Assembly: GCF_001194135.2 (NCBI RefSeq)
Contig: NC_068994.1
Location: forward strand, 25,484,944 to 25,537,755
Length of the DNA stretch: 52,812 bases
Direction: 5' to 3'
Source: Octopus bimaculoides
Lineage: Eukaryota
Shown here: piece after piece, positions 35,815 through 48,421 of the stretch
Position numbering within the stretch: position 1 is the stretch's first letter
Layout: each line of letters opens with the position of its first letter
Program-made: the position numbers and the translations under genes
The notes under the pieces: generated by a model
Told to the model about the DNA's origin: nothing
What the model saw: the letters and a program-made list of their open reading frames with translations, nothing else
Databases searched by the model: none

Positions 35815-36790
35815 GGTAACCCAAACACAAAAAATAGTAGTCAGTACTGAACGTTTACAGAACATTTCGCAACCTCATCTTCCAACACCATTAACCAGGG
35901 CCTGCAACACTGAGATGTCTTTTGAACATTATCAACACATACTAAAGCTGCTATATCACTGTGTGTTTCCATGTTTTGGATGCATAACCCAACGGTTTAT
36001 CTATCTAGAAGTGCAGTTTTCATCCCTGTGCATTACATCAGATAGCACATGCATGTCTTACATAATCAGTATCCTTCCACCAGAGATTCTGTTGGAAATC
36101 CAGGATTTGCTTACTTCTCCAGATGTCATTGTTCTGTATGAAACTCTTAGGTGAGGGTTATTAATTAAATGCATCTAGAGTCTCCCAACAGTAATGGTTT
36201 ATCAGCTTATCATCACAGAGGAATTGAGCAACAGGAAGCCTTCTCAACTTCTGTGGCACATGAAGTGGTTGCTAGGCAACAACACCATGTACTCAGTGAT
36301 ATTCAAGCAGCTAGTCATCAAGCGTTTAGCAACCACCATCCAGTATTTCCTTGCTGCTACAAGAGTCAATGTGCATAGAGGATTTGGCAGAGCTAGTAGA
36401 TAACATTGCAGAAGTATCCACACCTTCAACAGTTGCATGAGTAGCACCGCCCAAGGAACCAATAAGATCTTGTTGTTCTTCTCCTTTCTCTTCATCTCCT
36501 CTGTCTGTTTCTTCAGATTCTTCATCATCTACCAGCTATGTGGTAGTGGCTCTCTGAGCTCAACTCATGAACAGAGATAGATAGATAAGCAGATTATTGG
36601 CATAGATGCAAATCTCACCATACCATAACAGAAGCCATTCACTGAGTGCAGACTTGCAGTGCTCATGTATTCCAAGAACCATTCAAGTGAATATTCACCT
36701 GTGTTGGTGCCACCATACATTTGGCAATAGGGCTCGTAAATGTTTTCCATCCTGTTCATTTTAGTTTATCTTTCAGGAAACAACATCACC
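35815..36790 (+). mobile_element. Ty3/Gypsy gag remnant (distinct lineage)
   Basis: PBS-like TGGTAACCC; EVQF...ITSD...LPPEI..EIQDLL; EELSNRKPSQLLWHMKWLLG; C-terminal LCWCHHTFGNRARKC..SC knuckle. Confidence 0.8.
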
Positions 36791-36914
36791 AAGAACTAGT
36801 GGTGGTGTCTGTACCTGGCTCAATGCATGAAATATCATTGTTCGGCCCAAGGCCCAATGACAAGCCCTCCACAGGAGCTAGCTTAAAAGCCACCTGATAG
36901 GGTGGCTTTTAAGC

Positions 36915-39900
36915 TAGTGCTACATAAATGTGAAGATGGTAACATGAAGGCCATGGTTCATACGTCATGCTTGCTCCTGCAGAAAAATATTACAGCCATG
37001 TTGCAAAAGAGGCTCTAGCGATAATTTTTACTGTAAAAAAAATTTCAGATTTTTATACGGCAGAAATTTTCAATTACAGACTGATCATCGTCAGTTATTA
37101 TCTATTTATGAATAAAAGAAAGGAATTTCATATGCATACTACTAATAGGTTGTAATGCTGGGGTACTATATTACTAAACTATGATCTTAAAATGGAGTTT
37201 ATACCATCTAAGAAATTAGGACATGCTGATTGTTTATCAAGATAGATATAAAAAAATACTGAACCATTTGAGGATATCGTGATTGCTGTGTTGTGAGCAG
37301 AAAATGAAATTAAAAATGTTTTATGTAATGTCATATGTGAATTACCAGTTACATTACAAGACATAAAAGTAAAAGTGGAAAACAAATTTATCGAAAATAT
37401 GAAAGAAATGCTGAGGGCTGAAGAAAAAGATATAAAAATATTCCTTTTGCTAAAAGCAACACAAATACAAACCTGTTCTCAATTTGTGACAATATGTTAA
37501 TGTACACACAACAAGTCATTGTGCCAGCCACACTACAGAAGCATTTACTAAAGGAATTTCACATTGGTCACCTAGGGATTTCAAGAATGAAATTGTTAAT
37601 GCGAAGTTATATATATATTGGCCAAGAATGGACCATGACACTGAAGAACTAGTAAAAGCATGCAAAGGTTGTGCACTAGCAACAAAATCACTTACCACAA
37701 AATGGCAACTGTGGCCAAAAAACAGATATCCCATGGTCCAGACTGCATTTTGATTATGCAGGTCCACTTAATGGTTCATATTACCTGGTTGTGGTAGACA
37801 GTTTTTCTAAGTGGCCTGAAGTGCATAAGTGTAAAAAGCCAACATCTATGGTTACAGTAAGTTTTTTATTGGGCTGGCAACTAAGTTAACGCCGTTTTTT
37901 TAAATTTTGGAATTCATTGCGTTTTTAAAGTTTGGAATCTATTTTTGAATCATTTTGGAATCTTTTTTTTTTTTTCCAAGTTAATTTTAGTTAATTTTTG
38001 TTTATTTTCAGATCATTAAAATGGAATGTCAAATTAAGAAAAACAAGCATTTTCAACACCTCCTTTTTGCTTTTAATCAAGGTTCTAAGGCTGCAAAAGC
38101 TGCTCGCAACATTTGTGCTGTGTATGGAGAGGGTGTCATAGCTGAACGAACCACTCGTGATTGGTATGCCAAGTTAAAAACTGGAAATTTTGACCTCAAA
38201 GACGCACTTCGTTCTGACCGTCCAGTTGAGTTTGATGAAGAGCGATTAAACCAACTTTTGCACGAAAATTCTCGTCAAACAACAAGGGAACTGGCAGAGA
38301 AAATGGAATGCTCCCACACTGCTATAGAGAAGCATCTTCACTCGATGGGAAAGATTCAGAAGTATGGAGCATGGATTCCACATGCTTTAAGTGACAACAA
38401 CAAAAATCAATGAGCCACAATCTCCACTGCTTTGCTTGCTTGTCACCACTCAATTCATGGTCACTAACATTGATTTCTTTACCGAATCGTTACTGGCGAC
38501 GAAAAATGGTGCCTGTACATCAATATGAAGCAGCTTAAAGAATGCCTTCACCCCGGTAAACAAGCGACACCGTGCGTAAAACAAGATCTAAAACGATGTT
38601 GTGTGTATGGTGGGACTGGGAAGGGATTATCCATTATGAATTGCTTGAACAGAACCAAATGGTCAACATGGAACTCTATGTTCAGATGGAACAACTCAAC
38701 ACAGCTATTCAAGAGAAAAGACCTAATCAGCAACATGGAGTTCTTCTGCTGCATGACAACGCCCACCCTCATATCACCAATATGACCAAGGAAGCCATTC
38801 AAATGCATGGCTGGGAAGTGCTGCCACACCCACCATACTCTCCTGATTTGGCACCAATGGATTTCTACCTCTTTCAAATGCTATGCACGGAGTTTCATTC
38901 AATACTGATGCAGAATTGAGAGCTTGGTTGGATCAATTTTCCAAGCCGAAATTGGGTGATTTCTACCAACAAGGTATTGAAAATCTTGTTGAACGTTGGG
39001 AAGAAGTTGTAAACAACAAGGGTGAATACATTATTGATTAATTAGTTGTTATTTTTTTTATTAAACCTTGTAAAAAATAAAAATTTTAAAAAACGGCAGG
39101 AACTTAGTTGCTAACCCAATACATGAACTGTTTGCCAAATATGGTATTTGTGATACCATTATGTCTAATACTAATAATGGAATGTGACCACTCTGCCATA
39201 TCATCCTGGGTCAAATGGACAGGTGGAGTGCTTTGTCAATGCTTTTAAGAGGGCTTTAAAGAAGGTGAACAATGAAGTAATGGATGATCTAGCACTTCAA
39301 CAATTCCTAAAAGTATACCAAGTAACACCTAATCCAAATACCCTACCCTGTCTTGAATGTCACCTGCAGAAGTAATGTTCGCTTGTGAGATGAGATCTGT
39401 CTTTGACAAGTTGTTACCAAGTAAAAAACAGAAAAATGGTGAACAACAATTATAATTCAAACTTTTTCAAGATAGGTGACAAAGTTTTTTGAAAACATAT
39501 AGAAATGGTAAAGCAAGCTGGGAAGATTGTGTAATTATTAAACAAATTGGGAAAATGTTATTCTTGGTAAAAGGAAAAAATTTCAAACATAAAAGACATA
39601 TAAAGCAACTTAAAAAAAGATTTACGGAAGAAATGGTCATGAGAGATGAAATTCCCATGGAAGTTTTTTATGACACCTTTGAGGTACCAACACCCAAACA
39701 AATTGAAACTACACGATCAAGTATCAGAAAAAGGAAAAGAATGGAAATTCTGGAATTAGACCTTAAGCATAAGAGTTATTAAACTCTAGACAGAGTTTAA
39801 TTCTCAAAAAGAGGGAAAGTTATGGAAGGGTCCTGACCACCCCCACATGACTGAAAGTGGACTAATGCATTTCAATAGAATAAAGAAACTGTGTGAACAT

Positions 39901-39971
39901 ATTAATTTGTGAAAGGCAATTCTCGATAATTTATTTGGGTAATACTATTCTTATCTTTGTGCACAACAACA
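36915..39971 (+). mobile_element. Ty3/Gypsy (K02A2.6-like) pol remnant (RNase H-integrase), PPT and probable 3' LTR, interrupted by a mariner
   Basis: YSHVAKEALAIIF; WPRMDHDTEELVKACKGC; HFDYAGP; VDSFSKWPEV; PYHPGSNGQVE. PPT aaaaagagggaaag at 39806-19, LTR about 39820-39971. Confidence 0.85.
37869..39119 (+). mobile_element. Full-length mariner (mellifera-like TIRs), transposase pseudogene at 38021-39041
   Basis: TIRs ttgggctggcaactaagtt and aacttagttgctaacccaa, TA duplication at 37867-68 and 39120-21. Motifs WIPHAL, TGDEKW, HDNA and HPPYSPDLAP are present, with stops and frameshifts. Confidence 0.95.
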
Positions 39972-39986
39972 TACATACATATATGA

Positions 39987-40035
<49 letters not shown>

Positions 40036-40999
40036 TACTTAAATTATATATACATACATACACACACATATATGTATAATTTGTTAAACACCTATAAGGA
40101 GGTGCTTTTCCCTTGGCCAGGAGGAGCCAATGTCATCAGATGGTATCTAATGTTCATCAGTTGTCTCGACTCTGAACCATAACTCCCTCCTATTGGTGGG
40201 TCAGCAGAAGTGGCCCAGTCACTGCTCCTCATCTCCTCCTGGCTTCCAGCTTAACTCATCTCTCTTGCTCCAAAGTCAACAAGAGGCTCTTTCAGCTGCT
40301 TCTCCCATCCTGTGCATAACCACCCTTCACTCCTTACCTCTCATTCCAATACATATATATATACTAACTGACGTACCCGGTAATTCCCAGGAAAGTGGGG
40401 ATTATCCCTTGGTTCCGTTCTCATAATTGTTTCGCTAATCCAGTAACAACAATACAAAATGTGTATTCCTTAAAAGCATTGTACTGGATAAATTGCGAAA
40501 ATAACTCAAATAGTTCAAATACTAAGAAATAAGCATACTCAATTTGATTTATACGAAATTTACAAACTTACAGGAACAACAGTGGTTTATTGACACAGAT
40601 GGTTGTAAATTTTTCCCATATTGAAGTTTGATAAGTTGAAAAAGTTATTTTATAGTTTACAGTTAGCAACTGGGGTTGCTGTGTATGCAAATAATTACCC
40701 AAATGAGGGGTACTCCATTAGCTACTTGTCAAGCCTGACGAGTACCCTCGTTTGGGTAATTACTACTTCCAAGATTCTGCTAGCTAGGAAATATATGTAG
40801 ACTGGATTTTATCCACTCCATCCCCTAAATTAGGATATATATATTTGCAGCAGTGTCTTATCCCTCAAATCTAAGGATTGATTTCTTCTGAATGCATATT
40901 TGGACCATCAATGTCAGTGATGAATGTGGCTAATGAGGTCAATCATTGCATAGAGCTCATGATTACATTGGCCACATGCAAATGGTTGTGGTTGCTGCT

Positions 41000-43800
41000 G
41001 TCTGGCTTTCCATTGCTATTGTTTCTCCTCCTCTTTTATTATTCTTTCCCTTTTAAACAATTTTATGTTATTGTTTATGTTTTGTCAGTAGTCAGAATGG
41101 TTGATTATGGTTGTCTTAAAAGCCAATGGGTTGAAGATAGATTGCTTCAGAGTTGACTGTAGATTGCTTCAGTGTTGAAGAGGGGCTCCTCTTTGTCTTT
41201 TCCCAGTTGGCAGTTCACTAAAGAGGATTTGACAAGGAAGATGTTCATTGTTCATCCTGGTGCCATTGTCAGCCCATCAAAGAATATGTTTGATGATTAG
41301 GGATTCAATGCTCTGGCTATTCACTCTTTCCATTATGGAGTTATTGGAGACATACAAGGTGGTATCAAGAAGTTCCTGGTCTAGTTCTGTAGTACACCAA
41401 CAGATGGCAGCACATGGTTGGGTGCACAGTGAAAACTATCAGTGACCCTCATGAGGTAGTGTGCCGAATGACATTGTGGTGTTTACTTTGCAAGTAGTGA
41501 AATTTGTGTTTTTGCAATCATGTGTATGTAGTCTGTGATTTTTGCCATGGACAGGAAGTTAGAAGAGCCCAATGTGAAATTTTGTGTTAAACTTGGGAAG
41601 TCTGCCACAGAGACATTGAGCATGCTTTGGCAAGCTTATGGCAACAAGGAATGGGTTGTACACAATGTTTGGAGTGGCACAGGCACATGACAGAAATGCA
41701 TCTCAATCAAGAGCATGCTCATTGTTTTTTTTTATATCCATGGTATTGTGCAACGAGAATTCGTCCCCCATAGCTGGACCATCAATCGTGAATTCTACTG
41801 TGACCTTCTGAAGCATTTAAGGGGGGACATTCAGATCTGTGGAGTGCAAAGAATTGGGTTCTTCACAACAACAATGCACCCTTTCACTGAGCTCTTCTTC
41901 CTTGTGAGTTTCTCGCCAAACACAACATGATATCACTTCCAAAATTACCCTAATCACTAGATTTAGCAACTGCAAACTTCCATCTCTTCCTCAAGATGAA
42001 AATGCAGCTCAAAGTTGCTGTTTTAACACCATTGTTGAAATCAACAATGAATTGTTGAAGGTCCTCGACTTGCTTACAGAAATCAACTTCCAGGCCAGAT
42101 TCCGTAAGTGGCAGGAACGCTGGGACTGGTATATTCTGCACAAAGTGACTATTTCAAAGCTTAGATAAATGAGTTATTTTTTTATCAAACATAACTAGTC
42201 CAGGAACTTTTTGATACCATCTTATAGTAAAACCACTTGATGTTCAAAAGAGAGCAAAGTTTTGGTTGATAAAAGTGTTCAAATCTTTTGATGTCACATT
42301 GATACAAAGTTCAAGTTTCACAAACATATAATAGCATGGATATGACAACAGCTTGGTAGACGATAATCTTTGTCTTCAAAGTCAGGTCTTTGTTTTTGAA
42401 TACATGATTTGTTAGTTCACTGAAATCTGAGTAAGCTGATCTGATTATTCATTTCACATCTTGCTTACAATTGCATTTGGTAGAGAGCACACTTCCAAGA
42501 TATACAAAATGATTAACTTACTCCAGTAATGAGCCCAAAATGATGTTAAAGTGCTAAAGGGCAGAATTTGGGGTTGTTTGGGCAAGGACTTGAGTTTTTT
42601 TAGTAGTTACAGTGAGCCTAAAACATAGATATGCATTGATGAAATTATTGACAACTTGTTGCAGTTCTAAGCTTGAGTGACTGTTGTCATCAGTCTACTA
42701 TTCTGAGATTCGCTTGGTACTGGTGAGATTCTTTGACCAAAACCTCACCAGGTTGAAGAGTCTGCCATCAGGCAAGGTATAGGAAGAAAAACATAGGAGC
42801 GAGAATGCAATCTTGTTTCAATCTACATATAATTGGGAATTCTTCTTAGAGTTGATCACAATGATAGACACATCCAGTCATACCATCATGCTTGGATCAG
42901 TGAGATGAAATAATCAGGACAGTTAAAACGATTAAAAACCATCTACATGGTTGGTCTCAGTATGCTGTCAAAAGCTTTTTCTAAATCATAGAAGATAAGG
43001 AAAAAGGATTTTTGTTGTTCTTGACACTTCTGTTGGATTTGTCTGGTACAGAAGATCATGTCTATGACTCCATGGGATGCCTGGAAACCATGCCAAGATT
43101 CTGGAATGACTTCTTTTATGATGACCTGGAAACAGTTCAAGAGCATTTGAGCAAAGATCTTTTCTGCAATAGCAACTAGCAAGATTCCACAATAGTTTCC
43201 ATAGGATCTTTTAACTCCTTTCTTGAATATATTGATGATGATGGTATCTTCGAGATCATTTGGGACCTGATGTGCTTCCCACATATTTAGGAACTGGGTG
43301 AAGAGCTTAGTTTGCAGCAGCAATCTGCTATGTTGCAGCAATTTCAATGGGATATTATTGGGCCCTGGGCTTTTCTTACTTTCATATATTTCATTGCATT
43401 CCAGAACTCTTGATACAACAGGTTGTAATGGATGGAAAGGGACTTTGTTGGTGAAGCAAAGACCTAAATTGTCATTGTTTCTGGTTGGTAAGTATACAGT
43501 TTACTCCATGGACATCATTTTTGTGAAATCAAGCAGAGATTCTGCTTGATTGTGCTTTTTGCATGTCATTCCTGACATTATATCACCTTCTGCCCATCTG
43601 ATGTTAGATGGAATAACAAATTGACAGAGTGTACATCACATCCAGAAAAAAGGAGGAGAAGACCATGCAGAAGTTGGAATAACAACTTTGTCAAATTCTC
43701 TGGCACCTAACATAGATAAATAAACATCAGACTGTGGTTGGTGGAGAGAAAATGCTTTGTCCAGTAGTGGACCAAACATGTGCAAGGATGATGTAACTTG
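41000..43800 (-). mobile_element. Decayed RTE-BovB-like LINE split by a mariner
   Basis: GNYCGILLVAIAEKIFA...GFQASHGVIDMIF...FYDLEKAFDS. Excising the mariner restores LNIKWFY|YVSNNSIMER. The ends are approximate. Confidence 0.8.
41355..42224 (+). mobile_element. Internally deleted mariner (870 bp)
   Basis: TIRs caaggtggtatcaagaagttcctgg and ccaggaactttttgataccatctta, TA duplication at 41353-54 and 42225-26. Motifs NVKFCVKLGKSATET, FFYIHGIV and a decayed PSLDLA. Confidence 0.9.
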
Positions 43801-43819
43801 CATAAGACTATAACATAAT

Positions 43820-43854
<35 letters not shown>

Positions 43855-43855
43855 G

Positions 43856-44115
43856 GCGCAGGTGTGGATATGTGGTAAGAAGCTTGCTTCTCAACCACGT
43901 GGTTCTAGGGCCGACCAAAGTCTTGAGTGGATTTGGTATAGGGAAAGTGAAAGAAGCCCATTATATATGTGTGTGTGTGTGTATCTTTGTCCCCCATCTT
44001 CATCACTGTTTGACAACCGGTGTTGGTGTTTTTATATCCCCATAACTTAGCAGTTTGGTAAAAAAAAATTAAAAAAACGATGGAACAAGTACAGGCTTAA
44101 GAAATAGGTCCTTGG
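43856..44115 (+). mobile_element. tRNA-derived SINE (internally deleted)
   Basis: ggcgcaggtgtggatatgtggtaagaagcttgc head and gggccgaccaaagtcttgagtggatttggta body with internal (TG)n. Confidence 0.8.
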
Positions 44116-45244
44116 AGCAATTTATTCTAATACAAAATATATATATAATATACATATAACATTATATAAATGAGAAACAGTAGAGGTACAGGTGTCAATC
44201 CATTATGACCATTTGGCTGTACACTGCCAGAATATCATTTGGCTGTACTCATGTACCAAGTTTAATATTTACATAATATTGGTGTGTGTATATGATTCCA
44301 GCCTAACGAGGTGCCTCAATTTAAGTAACTAATTCAACTGAATCTTACTCATATGATATTATATTTAGATATAACAGTTTTTATAGCTGTATCACATATT
44401 CAAATGTTGTGTATGTGTGTATACAATACTACTGCTGTACTTGTTTTAAAAAGATGGATATCTTATACAAATTCAAATTAACACAAGAATTGCAGGCTGA
44501 ATCATTGAATAAGGTCTCAAAGCAAATCAATTTACACGAAATTTCCTTTCATAGGTGACTATTGTTTTGCTTTGTAATGGCTTATTTCCAAAAATCAAGG
44601 ACAAGGTTGATTTTCCATGGTTTTTGGAGACTGGAGGATGGGGAAGGGAGAAAGATATCAAGTTATCATTAGATTAAACTAGGTGACGGATTACGACTAC
44701 AATCCAAGAACAGGCACAGTTCATTCAACAGGTTTCCATCTATCTAGTTTCAATCACAAGGCTTAGATTAACCCATAGCTATGGTAGAAGATACCTTTCT
44801 AAGGTGCTCAGCTGGTCACAGGAACTAAATCACTAATTACTGATTTAGTTCCTTTCATCATTTTCATGCCAGTTTGAATTAGAATTAACCTGTATTATTG
44901 TGATGTTGGAGTGGCTATATGGCAAGTATCCTCTACTACAGCCCCGTGTTGACCAAAGCATTGTGAGTAGATTTGGTAGGTGGAAAGAAGCTCATCATAT
45001 CTATGTATGTTTGTGCCTCCTTGTCTTGACGTTGCATAATTGCAAAATGAGAATAAGCAACATCACTCATATCCGATATTCAGTGAAAAAACGTCCAGAC
45101 ATATTCCCTTATTCAAAAACTGGTGAGGTGTGACAACAGGAAGGGCACCTGACCATAGAAAATTTTCAAACTGTCTGATCCGTGTGCATGCAAACGTGGA
45201 CATTACGATAATGATACTAATGATGATGGTGATGTGTGTGTGCG

Positions 45245-45650
45245 TAGGCACAGGCTGTGTGGTTAAGAAACTTACTTTGCAAACAATAAGTACAGGATGT
45301 GTGGTTAAGAATCTTACTTTGCAAACATGTGGTTTTGGATTCAGTACCACAGCTTGGTACCTTGAGCAAGTGTCTTCCACAAGAGCTCCAGACTAATTAA
45401 TCCTTCTGAGTAAATTTGGTAGATCAGAAATTGTGTGGAAGTCTGTTGGATGTGTGTGTGTGTATCTTTGTGTCTGTTTGTCCCCTGCCACCGATTGACA
45501 CAAGCGTTGGTTTGTTTAGGTCTCCAGAACTCACTGGTTCGGTAAAAGAAACCAACAGAATATGTACTAGAGTTGATTTGTTCGATTACACTTCAATACG
45601 GTGCTCAGCATGGTCGCAGTCCAGTGAATGAAACAAGTAAAAGATAAAAG
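45245..45650 (+). mobile_element. tRNA-derived SINE with a ~42-bp tandem duplication in its head
   Basis: acagg(c/a)tgtgtggttaagaa(a/t)cttactttgcaaaca occurs twice, followed by caccttgagcaagtgtcttc and the family body. Confidence 0.8.
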
Positions 45651-46026
45651 ATATGGCTTATATGTTTGTGTTTCTATATATATGCGCGCATGTATAATTT
45701 CCTTCTAGCCAAAATTAATTTATAAATTTGCTTCCCTATATATTGCTCTGTCGTTCCTAAAAAAGCGGAGGAGAAACAAAGTATATTCTGTTGAACTAAT
45801 TATTATGGATTAAATGTTAATTTACTCTCAAATTTATCTTTTGAGTTCTTCATCTGTAAACTTGCCACCCTCCTTATAAATACACACTTATATACACTCA
45901 TATGCATGTGTATCGTAAGCATTCTTATAGAGACGAAAATATCGAGTGCACCCAATATCACAATTTCTTTGGATCTATATATGAAGGAATTGTGTAAATA
46001 AATTATGAGATTTCCGTCACCCTTAC

Positions 46027-46062
46027 CGCAATTTTTCGGCCGTGATCTTTAGTTATTAACAT
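46027..46062 (-). CDS. EXOC4: Candidate first coding exon of EXOC4 (MLITKDHGRKIA, phase 0)
   Basis: aaaATG in a CpG-enriched unique region, with a strong donor GCG|gtaagg. Phase 0 joins the 20101 exon in frame. There is no sequence homology to support it, so this is inferred. Confidence 0.5.
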
Positions 46063-47623
46063 TTTCACATTTATTTTTTAAACATTTCAGGTTATAATAC
46101 TTAAAAACTATGCAGCGAACTTCTTGAAATATGTACCTTTAACCAAAAATCGCCAAATATGCCTAATATAAATCCCGTCCTCCCTCCAAAAATAAATTTC
46201 TGGAAAAATGTCCGGTGGAGGGGACACAAAACGAGGTGCTTTTTCTGCATTTTTGACTTTGAAACACAAAAATAAAATTTTTTTAATGTTCATTACCTTA
46301 CAAAAACTATATCAGCTAAGCAAATGAACCTTCCCTAAATGCATTAAAAGCATAACGACATAATCTGATAACTATTTCAGAAAATTATCACCGTTCTCTG
46401 AGCATATAAAACACAAGTTTGGCGGGGGTAAAACGAGTAAGTCAAGATAAGGTAAACTTGCTGCTTCAATTCTCCAAAAAACAGACTCATACACATCAAT
46501 ATCCATTCCTAGATATCAAAAAGATTAGATATGTAAAAAAAAAAAGAAATGTATATCTAGGTCAAATGAAAGAGGATCAGGGGAAAATGGCACATGGTAT
46601 GAAATCAACGAAACTCGACTAAACAGAAAATAAAACAATTCAACATAAAATATCACCTATAGCTTTTTCACGATCTGCTGAAGTGTCTTTATGATTGATA
46701 CATTTACACACCATGCAGTTAAAGAGAAATTATTGAAATTAGCCATTACTCATTTTACCCCCTTTTAGACATCATTTTGTGAAACTTCAAAATGATCAAA
46801 TTAGACATTAGTGTGGAAAGAAATTGACTTGGAATCCAACAAAAAAGAATATTGATTATTAAACAACAAAAATTATCGGCATAAAAGTTATGACCTCCCA
46901 AAGTCTGGGGGGTAAAACCCTGTAGTTATGCCAAATTTATCTAGGTATTTTATTAGCAATTACAATTACAAAGTTGAAAAATTACTTGGAAAAATAGGAC
47001 CTGCCATTTGACTGTTTCGGACTCTCTCAACATCGTTAACAATAACAATGTTGACTAATTTTTACTTCTAAAGATGAAAACAGTACAAAATGATGATGCA
47101 ATACTTGCAGTGTAATGATTTCAAACAGGTAGAGAGGAAATAACCAGAAATCAAAAGTTTCTCATTTTGCCCCACCCACCTAATGAAGTTTGAGAGAAGG
47201 AAGCAGTTAAAAATTTGAACACGAAACGTGCTAAAAAAAGTTTTTTTCTTTTGTAAATTCCTTATTTATGTATTTGTGATTTTTTTTGGTGCAATATGTA
47301 ATTTTCGACTCTATTCTACAGGAATTTATATGTATGTAATATTATTATTCCAGGAAGTAATAAGTTCAAAAAGTAGGTATGTTTAACCATAGTGAAATAC
47401 AATATATATTTTGCCAAACTAACGATTATATATATATATAATTTATACACAAATATATATATTTACATACACGCACACGTGTGTGTGTGTATGTATATAT
47501 ATATATATATATTCTTAAAACTAACTCTATTCTAAAAGTGGGTGTGTATATAAAACAAAATGCTTCGCAAGTTTAAGCCATAAAAGGAAGGCGATGAAAT
47601 GAATTTATATATACATATATGAA

Positions 47624-47668
<45 letters not shown>

Positions 47669-47692
47669 CACTGTTGAAACTGTTTTCCTTAC

Positions 47693-47790
47693 CGGTATCT
47701 AAAAGTTGCGATCTGAGGATCCAATGCCGTTATATAGCAATAAATTTTCCTGAGACGAACCGCTTTGCGAACACTAGTTTAGAAAACTTG
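47693..47790 (-). other. Candidate non-coding 5' exon in a CpG-containing island
   Basis: Strong donor CCG|gtaagg at 47693, no ATG, and local CpG enrichment. The 5' boundary is unknown. Confidence 0.35.
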
Positions 47791-48206
47791 CCAAGCCCAC
47801 TTACACATTTCTCCTTCTCCCTCCACTCTCTTTCCCTCTCTCTCTCTCTTGTTCAACATAGAAACTTGCTTTTCTCACTCACTCTTTTACTCCCCTCTAT
47901 CTTTCACCTACAAACTCTCTTTTATTACTTTATCTCTAATACTTGTTTAACAAGTACCTCTCATTTTCGCTTAACTTCTTACTCTCCCTTATACTTCTTT
48001 TTGAGTAACATTCAGTCTCTCTCTGTCTGTCTCTTTCTCCCTATCTTTCTTTCTCAAACACTTTAATCTTGTCTAACATCTACGCTCACTCTCTCATATG
48101 TCATTAGCCGCTCTCTAATACTATTTGCTGCTCATTTACTTTTCCTATATCTTATTAATTCTTTGTCACACACACATTCTCTCTCTCTCTAATACTTCTG
48201 AAGTTC

Positions 48207-48248
<42 letters not shown>

Positions 48249-48386
48249 ACACACACACACTCTATTTCACCCTAACTTTCTTACACTCTCACACTGTAAT
48301 TCTCTCATTTTGTACTTTGAGACTTCCGAATTATCGTTACTTACGCTTTATTCGTTTGAGTACGTATGTATAATATATGTATAAGT

Positions 48387-48421
<35 letters not shown>

